This document shows, in pieces, positions 39,775 through 48,492 of a stretch of DNA of 64,000 bases (positions within the stretch are counted from its first letter, which is position 1; every line of letters starts with the position of its first letter). The stretch covers positions 82,465 through 146,464 of the forward strand of contig CAYQXJ010000003.1 of NCBI GenBank assembly GCA_964421565.1, in the 5' to 3' direction. The translations under genes and the position numbers were made by a program. The DNA is from an uncultured candidatus Brocadiaceae bacterium. GTDB lineage: Bacteria; Planctomycetota; Brocadiia; SM23-32. The notes beneath the pieces are model-generated. The model searched no databases and was not told where the DNA came from. It was given only the letters and a program-made list of their open reading frames with translations.

Positions 39775-40645
39775 AGAAGTCATAAGGCTCCGCGCCGGCG
39801 CAGCCCCCCGCACGGGCAGGATGCCCGTGCTACGCACTACACAGCGCAGCCGATCCTCGCGCTCACCACGCTGTAATAAGAAACTATCTCAGAACTCCGT
39901 TCGCAGTAGATCGGGGTTTTGAGATGGTTTCTAAGTTCCGGGCTCCCCACAGGGCTCAGCTCACCGCCTGAATCGCCCCGACGCCGCGCCTTCCCGAGGA
40001 CTGCTACATCCGGCGATCCGACCCTTTTGTAGCGGGCTTCCGAGCGCCGTCTGCTTAACGCAAGACGGCGAGAGCGAGAGGTTTCGGGGTCTTCGCATAT
40101 CTCGCCCCTGCGCATCCCTTTTGGTGCATTCGCGCCAGTCTACCCGTCCTCTCCGTTGCGACAGAGAGTGAACGGGGTCGGGGCGCAACCGTGGGGGTTG
40201 CGCCCAATACCCGAGAATCAGCAGAAGAACTCTCTGACTCTCTACTAAACAGAGCCCTCTGGGTTAACACCCGCGTACGGACCGGAGGGCAGAACTGATG
40301 GGCGTCGGCCTGGCTGAAGCGCGAGTCGGCGACTTTCCGTCCGCCCCACGTACGCGGACATGGTTGCGAGGTGTGGAACAACGACCCAGTATCATCTCAC
40401 TGCAGAAAACGGGAACGAAGAACTTATGCCCCAACGATTGAGTCCTCACCCCTTGTGCAAAGATGAGCCCGGTCGCCTTCCCTCACGCGCGCAAAGTCAG
40501 CAATGACGTCCCCGTTCACCTTGCAGTTGTTCTGGACGCCCACTGCTACGTAACCCTCTTACAGGAAGCGCGGCTGTGCATGGGCATCAATTGCAGTGAT
40601 TACACAGGCCTGGGCACTGGTAGGAACGCACACCCCTCAACCCTC

Positions 40646-41221
40646 TCAATCAAACTCGATCACTATGCCATCCTTCCGTTTTTCGTAGTAGATTACTTCG
40701 CAATCGATCCTTTCTGGCAATCCGCCCTTCGACTTGTAGGTGGCCGGCTTTATGGAAACAGGCTTACCCCCGATGTGCCCGTCTATGCCCTTCGACTCAT
40801 CCGATGGAGAGGCCGGCGTGTATGGTTGTCCCCGCTCCTCGGCGACCTCCCTGAGAACGGCCTCCTGGAACCGCAACCCGATAAACGTTTTTGCCAGCAC
40901 CAGGTCCTCGGTCCAGTCCCGCACCGTTTCCCTGTTGAGCTCATTCACGGCGGATTTGAGCTTCTGTATCATCCCCCAAATGCGGTCGGTAGCCTCTTCC
41001 AGAGCATCAGGGTGTCGCTGCTTATACTACTCTTCCCATTCCGCAAAGGTCCGCCCGGGAAACTCCCGTATCAACTCGCTCATCTGACCCACCACTCGGG
41101 GACGAGTCCCCTGGGCGTACTGGTTCGCCAAATTGAGCAATGGGGCGGCGTATTTGCGCAGATCAAGCTCTTGTACACCGAGTAACTCGCGGACGGCATC
41201 GAAGGTGAGTTTCTTCCTCAT
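40646..41221 (-). pseudogene. Type II restriction endonuclease gene inactivated by an in-frame TAG
   Basis: Track ORFs 41027..41290 and 40646..40972 share one frame: ...GRTFAEWEE-TAG(41029..41027)-YKQRHPDALEEATDRIWGMIQKLKSAV.... Likely start ATG 41221 (MRKKLTFDAV), 16 nt after the methyltransferase stop. Possible PD-(D/E)xK-like GIDGHIGGKPVSIKP. GC is lower than the surroundings. Resemblance to the MjaI family is a recollection only. Confidence 0.6.
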
Positions 41222-41237
41222 GGGCAGCCTGCCCCTC

Positions 41238-42095
41238 TCAGTTGGCCCCCTCGGTGCGGGCGGCTGCCCGGCGGGGAGTGCGGTGCCCAAAGACCACCTG
41301 ATCTTCCGAGGAAAACAGGGGGCCGGCCCCCATTTTGTCCCTTATGATAGGCTCAAACTCCGGATTGATCTCGTATCCGACGGAGTTGCGCCCCTCTGTC
41401 TCCGCCGCGAGCGTGGTCGTGCCGCTGCCCAGGAACGGGTCGAGCACACTTTCACCCCAGAAGCTGTACATCTTGATCAGACGCCTTGGAACTTCCAGCG
41501 GGAACATGGCCTCGTGTCCGTTCTGCCTCTGCGGCTGTATGCGCCACAGGCCACGGAACCAGGCGCTACGCTGCCGCTTGGTCAGACGGCTCTTCTCCTT
41601 CTGTTCCGGCGTGGGCTGGGGCCACTGGCCCCGTTTTCGCAGAAGGATGATGTACTCATGCTCGTAGGTTATGTGGCCGTCCTTGGGATAGTAAACCGAC
41701 CCCATCCATGTGCCGCCTCCGGTCGTCTTGGTCGTGGAGATTTTCGCCCAGATGATGTTCCCCATGAAGTCGAACTCCAGCTCGCGCGCTATACGGACAA
41801 TGTCGGCAGGAATGGGCTGCACCCGGTACCGACCGTGCTCGGCGGCGCGGAGGTACTGGTCTCCGATGTTGATGGCCATCCGGCAGCCGGCGCACAGCAC
41901 GCGGTGACACTCCGAGAGCACGCTTTTGAGGTCGCGCAGGTAGTCCTCGTACGGCTGGTCGTAGCCGATCTGATCGGGATGGGCATAGTCCTTGATGCAC
42001 CAGTACGGAGGGGAGGTAACGACAAGGTGGACGGAACGGTCCGCCAGCTCGGGCATCCGACGGCTGTCGCCGAATATCACCTTGTGTCTGGACAT
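41238..42095 (-). CDS. Beta-class N4-cytosine/N6-adenine DNA methyltransferase (N6_N4_Mtase family)
   Basis: Motif IV VVTSPPYW precedes motif I DPFLGSGTT (beta-class order). SPPY favours m4C specificity. Confidence 0.9.
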   Translation of the reverse strand: MSRHKVIFGDSRRMPELADRSVHLVVTSPPYWCIKDYAHPDQIGYDQPYEDYLRDLKSVLSECHRVLCAGCRMAINIGDQYLRAAEHGRYRVQPIPADIVRIARELEFDFMGNIIWAKISTTKTTGGGTWMGSVYYPKDGHITYEHEYIILLRKRGQWPQPTPEQKEKSRLTKRQRSAWFRGLWRIQPQRQNGHEAMFPLEVPRRLIKMYSFWGESVLDPFLGSGTTTLAAETEGRNSVGYEINPEFEPIIRDKMGAGPLFSSEDQVVFGHRTPRRAAARTEGAN

Positions 42096-42234
42096 GTGCC
42101 GCCTCCCAACTAAAAGGCATCCTCACCGCCAAAGTCTAAACGCCACCGGGAACCACCGCAACCGACGCGAGTTAGTTTGCCAGGACATGGTACCCACCTG
42201 CGGGAGGGTGCAGAAACGGAGAAGCCGGAGGGGT

Positions 42235-42258
42235 CGCGCCCGCCCCGGGGCGGGCGCG
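42235..42258. repeat. 24-bp perfect GC-only palindrome CGCGCCCGCCCC|GGGGCGGGCGCG
   Basis: Verified base by base. Located about 140 nt upstream of the methyltransferase start. Confidence 0.9.
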
Positions 42259-42397
42259 CGCACGCGCGGAAGTTGCACGCCGCCGCCGCGCCGTTCCCCG
42301 TCAGAAAGTGGAAGGCACGCGCCAAAAGGGCCGCCCGACGCCGCACCGGCGGCAAGGCCGAGGTCGTCGGGGGCCCCAAGCTCGATAGGAGCCGCCC

Positions 42398-42583
42398 ATG
42401 CATCCGACCGAAGCCGACCTGAGCCCCGACCAGCGTCGCCGCGAGATCGCATCCATCCTGGCTACAGGCGTCCTGCGCCTGAGTGCCCGCCCGGAAGCCG
42501 CGCCCGCTCTGTCAATCTCCCTGGCACGCAACAGTGTTACAGACTCCCCCCTCTTTCCGGTAGGTACACCGCATGGCGCATGA
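42398..42583 (+). CDS. Small ORF, copy A of a repeated motif family (HPTEADLSPDQRRREIASILATGVLRL)
   Basis: 61-codon track ORF. Its N-terminal motif recurs in copy B and, at DNA level, at 45461-45525. Coding status is uncertain. Confidence 0.3.
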   Translation: MHPTEADLSPDQRRREIASILATGVLRLSARPEAAPALSISLARNSVTDSPLFPVGTPHGA

Positions 42584-42617
42584 GCGCCCGTGCTGCTGAC
42601 CGCCCGGAGAACGAGGC

Positions 42618-42809
42618 ATGCCCGATTTCCTCCCGCCCGCCGCCATGGCGCCCGCCGAGCGGCTTGCCGAGGTGTCGGCCATCCTCGCCAGGGGCGTCCT
42701 CGCCCTGCGCCGAAAGGCGCGCCCGACGTCCTCCGAAGAATCTGCCGAACCCGGCGAAAACGGCCTTGATTCCGGGCGCGACGTAAGGCCTGATGTGGAC
42801 GCGGGTTAA
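42618..42809 (+). CDS. Small ORF, copy B of the same motif family (APAERLAEVSAILARGVLALRRK...ENGLDSGRDV)
   Basis: 63-codon track ORF in tandem with copy A. Shares the (E)(I/V)(A/S)(S/A)ILA(T/R)GVL(R/A)L core. Confidence 0.3.
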   Translation: MPDFLPPAAMAPAERLAEVSAILARGVLALRRKARPTSSEESAEPGENGLDSGRDVRPDVDAG

Positions 42810-43029
42810 CGCAGCCCGAGAACCCGCCGCCGCGAAATCGCCGCGGAAGAGTTTGAAGATGCCGGAAACCTGCGGATTTCGGTTTGACGGGCCTCTAGAG
42901 GAGGGTACCATATCAGGGAAGGCGGAACTTGCTGGAGCAAAGGGGGAATCCCGGTTAGAGCGCTTCTGACCGGGAAGTTAGAGGGACCGACAGGCACGAG
43001 TTACACGACAACTTCGGAGAGAGCACACC

Positions 43030-43671
43030 ATGAGGACACAACACCTGATCTGCACGCTTCTCACGGCCGCCATCATCGCGCTGCCGCCGCTGGGCTGCTC
43101 GCCCAACGGGCAGGCGAACGGAGATAGCGGGGCCAGCCAACCCGCCCTCGAGACGAGCGAAGATGAGGGCGGGGAAGAGGATGTGGGCTCGAGTTCCGCA
43201 GGCTCGGAGACGGATGCGGATGAGCAGAGCCCCACGCCCCGGCTCTTCATCATCGAGCGCAGCAAGAACGCCAACATCGTGGCCTACGACGCACGCCTCA
43301 CCGAAGAGGGCGAGCTCGATGCGGAAGAGCCCGTCGAGGCCTACTGGATCCTGGACGCCGAGGGGGGCCAGCGGGAAGAGCTCTCGTGGCTACAGAAGAA
43401 GATGGCCTACGGGTTCGAGACGAAGCCGGCTTCCTCGGGCGAGGGCTCTGTGATGAAGATGGTGCCGCTTCCGAAGCGGGAGCTCAGGGTCAGGAAGGTT
43501 GACGGCAAGGTGCGAGCCGAGCTTGAGATCGACGGGAGGCCAGCGGTGCTGGAGAAGATCTACGTCGATTCCGATGCGCGCCTGACCGGGCCCAAGGTCA
43601 ACTACGTCGAACTGTTCGGCAGGGACCTGGAAACCGGCGAAAAGCGCTACGAGAAGATAGTGCCGGACTGA
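43030..43671 (+). CDS. Lipoprotein, DUF4833-like
   Basis: Lipobox LPPLGCS, an acidic low-complexity linker, then LFIIERSKNANIVAYDARL...AYWILD... resembling DUF4833 (by recollection). Confidence 0.55.
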   Translation: MRTQHLICTLLTAAIIALPPLGCSPNGQANGDSGASQPALETSEDEGGEEDVGSSSAGSETDADEQSPTPRLFIIERSKNANIVAYDARLTEEGELDAEEPVEAYWILDAEGGQREELSWLQKKMAYGFETKPASSGEGSVMKMVPLPKRELRVRKVDGKVRAELEIDGRPAVLEKIYVDSDARLTGPKVNYVELFGRDLETGEKRYEKIVPD

Positions 43672-43705
43672 GCACCAGCCGGGGTAACCGTTCACGGGTT
43701 TTCGG

Positions 43706-44107
43706 TCAAGCCACAAGCAGGCAGGGCGTAGGGCGCCCGGTGAGGTGGGCATGCAGGGCGTTGTGAAGATCCTCGTAGACCGACCGGCCTTGCTGGCGAC
43801 ATGTGGCAGTCGTCGTCCAGATGCACTCGCACCGTTGCCGCCCCGGCACCCCCCGCGTCCCCTGGGTGATGCGCCGCTGGATCACCACAGACCTGACCGC
43901 CTGCTCCGCAAGGTTGTTGGTCGGCTCCACGCCGGGCGTCATGATGAAGCGGAAGTAGGCGTCGCCGTGCCGGCGGAATCGCTCCGCCATGTTGCGTGCC
44001 TGGCGGGTCCACGCAGGATGTGTCGCCGGATGCATGATGGCTTTGCGTTCCTGCCCGAACGCCTGCTGAAAGCGTTCGGGCCGCATCGTGTCCCAGCGGT
44101 GGATCAC
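43706..44107 (-). pseudogene. IS66-family transposase C-terminal remnant
   Basis: FRFIMTPGVEPTNNLAEQAVRSVVIQRRITQGTRGVPGRQRCECIWTTTATCRQQG matches the IS66 C-terminal pattern as recalled (..TNN.AE...R....RK...G..S..G....). The DDE core and the N-terminal ~350 aa are missing and no terminal repeats were recognised. Confidence 0.65.
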
Positions 44108-44149
44108 CTGGCAAAGAAACTGCAGCCGGACACCGGCGCCCTCGACTGG

Positions 44150-44358
44150 ATCAAGCAGGAGAGGACGTCAACACCGTCACCGGGCAGGTGCCCGACCAGT
44201 ACATGCGCGACATAGACGTCGTGCGGTACGACCGCGCCGGCCAGGAGACACAAAGCTGGACTCCCCATGGCACGTGGATTAGACTACTGGAGTACGACGA
44301 TCTGGAAGGCGGCAACACGGAGAACAGCATCGAGCAACTGACAACCTGTTACCAGTGA
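44150..44358 (+). pseudogene. Possible C-terminal fragment of an unidentified gene abutting the IS remnant
   Basis: GC3-rich frame ...GEDVNTVTGQVPDQYMRDIDVVRYDRAGQETQSWTPHGTWIRLLEYDDLEGGNTENSIEQLTTCYQ-TGA (44356-44358) with no plausible start codon. Confidence 0.25.
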
Positions 44359-44422
44359 TGGTCGCAGTGAGGCTTGCTCGGTACGCTAAGTTCAAATGGT
44401 CGAGCGACAGGAGGTGCCGAAA

Positions 44423-45058
44423 ATGAACAAACACAGCACGATTGCGGGCATCTCAAGGGATCTTGTGGGGGTCATAGTACGATTTGCGGCGTACACAGTC
44501 GTCCTTCTTGTCGCGCACGCCTTACTGCCCAAAGTGGCCCGCCGTGGCGATTTCTATACCTTCATCTTCAAAGAGGGCGGCCCGATCGAATGGTGTCAGA
44601 TTGGCATGCTTATGATGGCAGCCGCTGTATTTGTACTGGGAGCGTGGCGCATTCAAGCATTCTCTCAATGGCTCGCTTTCCTGGCGTTGGTAACAACCTT
44701 CGCGTGCGTCCGAGAATTGGACTCGTTTTTTGACGCGTTGGTTCCTCCCTTCGGTTGGCAACTACCTGCTTTCCTGGTCGCGGGGGGTATGGTGTTGATC
44801 GTCTTGAGGAACCCGGAGGGGTTCTTGAGCCAGGCGGAAGTATCCGTTCGCCACCGCAGCTTTGGGCTTCTGTGGGCCGGATTCGTCGTAGCAGTTGTAT
44901 TCGCTCAGTTGGTCGGCCACGGGTCCTTTCTGAAGGCCTTGATGGGACAGGACTATATTCGCGACTACAAGAGGGTGATCGAAGAGCTCGGGGAGCTGTT
45001 CGGCTATGCCTTGTTATTGATTGGCAGTGTGGAGGCAGTTATAGGGGCGACCCACTGA
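44423..45058 (+). CDS. Hypothetical polytopic membrane protein
   Basis: ATG 44423 after AGGAGG. At least 5 hydrophobic helices. GC is lower than the window average. No recognisable family. Confidence 0.5.
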   Translation: MNKHSTIAGISRDLVGVIVRFAAYTVVLLVAHALLPKVARRGDFYTFIFKEGGPIEWCQIGMLMMAAAVFVLGAWRIQAFSQWLAFLALVTTFACVRELDSFFDALVPPFGWQLPAFLVAGGMVLIVLRNPEGFLSQAEVSVRHRSFGLLWAGFVVAVVFAQLVGHGSFLKALMGQDYIRDYKRVIEELGELFGYALLLIGSVEAVIGATH

Positions 45059-45460
45059 GGCGGCGGCCTCGGCCCAGACAGAACGCGGAAGACGGGCCAG
45101 GCCTTCGAGGAGGGGGCTTCGGCGCATACTGGGCATTCATAGCGTCGGATGGTGCTCGATAAAGGCGGCCCAGCCAGCTTCAGCGGCGCTGAGGCCCGCT
45201 GCGCCGGGCGCATCGGCGCCCCCTCCGGCCCCGAAATACCCCCACAGCGCAAATGCCTCTCTGAGACCGTCTCTTGCCAAAGAGCCAGCAAATCCCTACC
45301 ATCATCTCGGCGAGCCACAGGCACCTCCCTTTAGACAGGTTTGGACGAAACCTGGAGATGCTAACGGCTCGCCACTTCCTTTTCAGCCCGCCTCTGGCGG
45401 GCACGCCCGCCAGCGGCAGTCAAGCTTCGCCGCCTTTTACACACCTTGCTGGACGTTATC

Positions 45461-45525
45461 CATCCGACCGACTTGTCCACCGAAGCCGACCTGAGTCCCG
45501 CAGAACGCCGCCGCGAGACCGTAGC
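45461..45525 (+). repeat. Truncated third copy of the small-ORF motif (CATCCGACCGA..AGCCGACCTGAGTCCCGCAGAACGCCGCCGCGAGACC)
   Basis: Aligns by eye to 42401-42450 at roughly 80% identity with a 12-nt internal duplication. Translates as PTDLSTEADLSPAERRRE. Confidence 0.6.
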
Positions 45526-45741
45526 GTCCGGCAGAACGAGGCAGCACTTTGCATGCAGTTCCCTCCGATGTGTAAGCAGTTGGGGCCTGCTGAAACCGTT
45601 CCGCTCCGGCGGGTTGGGCAGTTGACAGGCTGACGGCGAGGGGATAGTGTCACGCCGCGATTGTCCGGGTCTCCGCGCCGGGGCGGCACACGGCGTCCGC
45701 GCGCGGCCGGATGCCCGCCCCACCAATCAGGAGGTCGCCGC

Positions 45742-46839
45742 ATGAGTTGCACCGGCGAGAAGTTGCCCGTTGCAGGCATCACGTCAGCACAGCCGCAAGC
45801 ACATCCCACTTACCACGACGACCGCCGCGTCACCTTCGTGTTCGATGCCCCCGACGCAAACAGCGTGCAGGTGCAGATCCACGGCGAGGCGACGGACCTG
45901 GAAGGCGACATCATAGACCTGAGCAGGAATGAGGACGGCAAGTGGACGGCCACGGTGGGGCCGCTGCGTGGGGGGTTTCATTACTACAACATGATCGTGG
46001 ACGGCGCCCGCTGCGTGGACCAGCACGCGGAGGTCTGCTGGGGGTGGGGCCGGGTGATGAACCACCTGGAGGTGCCGGACCCGGAGTTCGATTTCTTTCT
46101 GCCGCGCGACGTGCCGCACGGCGAGGTGCGTCTGCACTACTACAAGTCCGAGATGACGGGTTGCCTGCGCCGGGCGATCGTCTACACGCCCCCCGGCTAC
46201 GATGGTGGCGAGGACCGCTACCCGGTCTTCTACCTGCAGCATGGCTCCGGCGAGTCGGAGCGGGGCTGGACGTGGCACGCCAAGGCGAACTTCGTGCTGG
46301 ACAGCTTCATCGCCGACGGCCGATGCGTGCCGATGATCATGGTTAACGACCACGGCTACGCCGTGCGCGGCGGCATGAAGGCGCCGTTCACCGAGGAGCG
46401 GTCCGAGAACGTGTTCACCGAGCTGGTGCCGCGGGAGCTGGTGCCGGAGATCGACACCAGCCATCGCACGCTGCCGGAGCGCAAGCACCGCGCGATGGGC
46501 GGCCTGTCGATGGGCAGCGGGCAGGCGCTGGCGATCGGGCTGGCGCATCTGGACACGTTTGCCAACGTGCTGGCGCTCAGCGGCGGGCTGCGGAACTTCG
46601 ATCCGGAGACCGCTTACGGCGCCGTCTTCCAGGATCCACAGGCACTGAACGAGAAGCTGGACCTGTTCTGGTTCGGCGCAGGCTACGAGGAGGGCGCCGC
46701 AGAGCGAGGCAAGGCCCTTGAGGAAGCGCTCGGCGAGCTGGGCGTGAACTATGTATGGTGCCCCGTAGTCGGCGCGCACGATTGGAACACCTGGCGGCGA
46801 CACCTGGCTGACATCCTGCCGCGCCTGTTCCGGGGATAA
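45742..46839 (+). CDS. Esterase-family protein (CE1/putative-esterase fold) with N-terminal Ig-like/CBM48-like domain
   Basis: RVTFVFDAPDANSVQVQIHGE...KWTATVGPL (E-set-like) followed by YPVFYLQHGSGESERGW and GLSMGSGQAL (GxSxG). ATG 45742 after CAGGAGG. Confidence 0.8.
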   Translation: MSCTGEKLPVAGITSAQPQAHPTYHDDRRVTFVFDAPDANSVQVQIHGEATDLEGDIIDLSRNEDGKWTATVGPLRGGFHYYNMIVDGARCVDQHAEVCWGWGRVMNHLEVPDPEFDFFLPRDVPHGEVRLHYYKSEMTGCLRRAIVYTPPGYDGGEDRYPVFYLQHGSGESERGWTWHAKANFVLDSFIADGRCVPMIMVNDHGYAVRGGMKAPFTEERSENVFTELVPRELVPEIDTSHRTLPERKHRAMGGLSMGSGQALAIGLAHLDTFANVLALSGGLRNFDPETAYGAVFQDPQALNEKLDLFWFGAGYEEGAAERGKALEEALGELGVNYVWCPVVGAHDWNTWRRHLADILPRLFRG

Positions 46840-47032
46840 CGCCGGCAGAAGACTGTGACGAAGCTGATCCGGCCGGGGCGCATTCGCATGTGAGCTCGCT
46901 CCGGTCCCCTCCGCCCGCTCCCACGCTGAAGCCCTGGAGATGTGAAATCACACAACTTTCTGGACTTGATTTCGCATTGGCGCGCGTATAGTACTGCGCG
47001 AGTTAGCGGCACTTACACTGCAAGGGGCCAAC

Positions 47033-48217
47033 ATGATCCAGATGCCGGCAAAGATTATCTACGTTGACCCACGGGTCCACGAGCTTCCCCATTGCCGCCG
47101 ACGTTACCAGCAAATGCGAGCGCATATTGCGTGCAGAGACGTGCGCGAACTCGATGAAGAAGCACGCGAGCAAATCGCGCAGCGCAGCAAGCGGCGCCAC
47201 GGCAAGGACGATTTCGCTGACGATGCGGTCTTTGTGTTCAGCGCATGGGATGATCGTTTGGACCACAACGACCGCTACTTCCACTTCCGCCCCGGCCGCT
47301 CGAAGCTGAAGGCCGAGGGCATCCATTGCCAGGATGCCATGGAACTGAACCCGATCTTCGGCTGCCCCTTTCGCTGCGCCTACTGCGGGTTCGGCCGCAC
47401 GGTCCACATTACTCTCGACATCGAGCGTTTTATGCGCCGGCTGCCAGCGCTGTTCTCGGAGTACCCGGGGCAGCAACTGTGGAAGTATTCCAACATGACC
47501 GACCTGCCGCCCTTCGAGCCCGAATACGATGGAGTGGCGCCCATGGTGCGTTATTTCGCCGAGCAGGAGGAGCGCTACCTGATGCTGTTCACCAAAAGCG
47601 ACAACGTGCAATTCCTGCTCGATCTGGATCATCGGGGGCATACGATCATTAGTTGGAGCCTCTCCAGCGCGACCGTCAGCCGGCAGGTGGACCGCCGGAC
47701 GGCGACGATGGAGCAACGCATCGATGCCATGGCACGTTGCCAGCAGGCGGGATACCACGTAAGGGCGCGACTGAGCCCCATCGTGCCGGTTAGGAACTGG
47801 CGGGAAGAGTACCGAGAGATGTTCGAAAGGCTATTCGAGCGAACTCAACCGGGCGTGGTAACGCTGGAGATGCTCGGCTGGTTCGACTTCGAGGACCTGC
47901 CGGAGGTCCTGCCCAAAGAGATGATCGAAGCTGATGTCTATCGTGCCGCCCAAAGGGCACGGAGCTGGATGAACGGCCGGCGTAAGGCGCCGTTCCCGTT
48001 CGAGGTCCGCCGCGAGGTGTACGAGTTCTGCATCGACGAAGTGAAGCGTCTCAGCCCGAGCACGCCAGTGGCGGTCTGCCACGGCACGCCTAGGGTTTGG
48101 CGGGAACTTGGACCGAAGATGGGGATGACGCCGGAGAACTTCGTCTGTAACTGCGGCCCCACCAGCACGGAACTCAACCCCCTCATGTCCGGTTCCCCGG
48201 CGGCCAGCGGACCATGA
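47033..48217 (+). CDS. Radical SAM protein of the spore-photoproduct-lyase (SplB-like/COG1533) family
   Basis: CX3CX2C cluster motif GCPFRCAYCGF. Overall pattern (IYVD...; LFTKSDNV..LL.L.H.G.TI.SWSL) resembles SPL-family proteins. No sporulation context. Confidence 0.7.
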   Translation: MIQMPAKIIYVDPRVHELPHCRRRYQQMRAHIACRDVRELDEEAREQIAQRSKRRHGKDDFADDAVFVFSAWDDRLDHNDRYFHFRPGRSKLKAEGIHCQDAMELNPIFGCPFRCAYCGFGRTVHITLDIERFMRRLPALFSEYPGQQLWKYSNMTDLPPFEPEYDGVAPMVRYFAEQEERYLMLFTKSDNVQFLLDLDHRGHTIISWSLSSATVSRQVDRRTATMEQRIDAMARCQQAGYHVRARLSPIVPVRNWREEYREMFERLFERTQPGVVTLEMLGWFDFEDLPEVLPKEMIEADVYRAAQRARSWMNGRRKAPFPFEVRREVYEFCIDEVKRLSPSTPVAVCHGTPRVWRELGPKMGMTPENFVCNCGPTSTELNPLMSGSPAASGP

Positions 48218-48284
48218 ACTGCGATTCCACCCGGTTTCAGATTCCGCCAGCTTTCCGTTTTCGCTGACCACGCACCAGGCATTG

Positions 48285-48392
48285 TCAGGATGTGTCTTCC
48301 TTCCAGAGCTTACATGCCACGGTCACGAGGCCAAGCCCCAGCAGAGCGAGCGTTACGGGCTGTGGGATCGGGGCCAAGGTTGTGCGGCACGC
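48285..48392 (-). pseudogene. PEP-CTERM-like sorting-signal remnant (C-terminal tail only)
   Basis: Reverse-complement reads ...LAPIPQPVTLALLGLGLVTVACKLWKEDTS-TGA (stop 48287..48285): a P-x-P motif, a hydrophobic helix and a charged tail. An in-frame TAG lies about 35 codons upstream, so no gene body is attached. Confidence 0.3.
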
Positions 48393-48492
48393 GGACTACG
48401 TCGTGTTCCAGATGGCCGAGGTGGCGGTCCCGCGGGAGCTGTTCGGAGCGATCTTGCAACGGATTCAGAGGCTATCCCCGGCGCCGACATGA
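48385..48492 (+). pseudogene. Transposase C-terminal tail remnant (IS family uncertain)
   Basis: GAKVVRHADYVVFQMAEVAVPRELFGAILQRIQRLSPAPT-TGA resembles conserved C-termini of DDE transposases as recalled. The upstream part of the track ORF has no transposase character. Confidence 0.35.

Noticed and set aside
39925-40300. RNase P RNA (rnpB)-like strings: AAGTTCCGGGCTCCCCACAGGGC resembles the CR-I/P4 region, and GCGACAGAGAGTGAAC resembles the ACAGAGAG region
   Set aside because: The CR-I match has an extra U. No complementary P4 3' strand (CCGGCUU/ACAGAACCCGG) could be found. Spacing between the two strings is far from type-A RNase P. Probably chance or a heavily decayed fragment. A covariance-model scan would settle it.
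40271-40357. Inverted repeat CCGCGTACG ... CGTACGCGG as a possible group II intron domain or structured ncRNA
   Set aside because: It is only a 9-bp stem with a poorly pairing ~70-nt interior. There are no domain-5-like consensus, IEP/reverse-transcriptase ORF or intron boundary motifs nearby.
39085-40645. CRISPR array or tRNA/tmRNA genes in the ORF-poor stretch
   Set aside because: No regularly spaced direct repeats (only one two-copy imperfect repeat). No cloverleaf with a GTTCRA T-loop flanked by complementary acceptor ends. No tmRNA tag or 3' CCA-acceptor-like sequence was recognised by eye.
45004-45324. 106-codon minus-strand ORF with a strong GGGAGG-N5-GTG start
   Set aside because: It overlaps the 3' end of the membrane-protein gene, has no recognisable motif and shows weak codon bias. 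It may be another remnant, but that is not supportable.
46966-46992. Promoter for the radical SAM gene (TTGATT ... TATAGT)
   Set aside because: The spacer is only 15 nt with no extended -10. Too weak to report as a feature.
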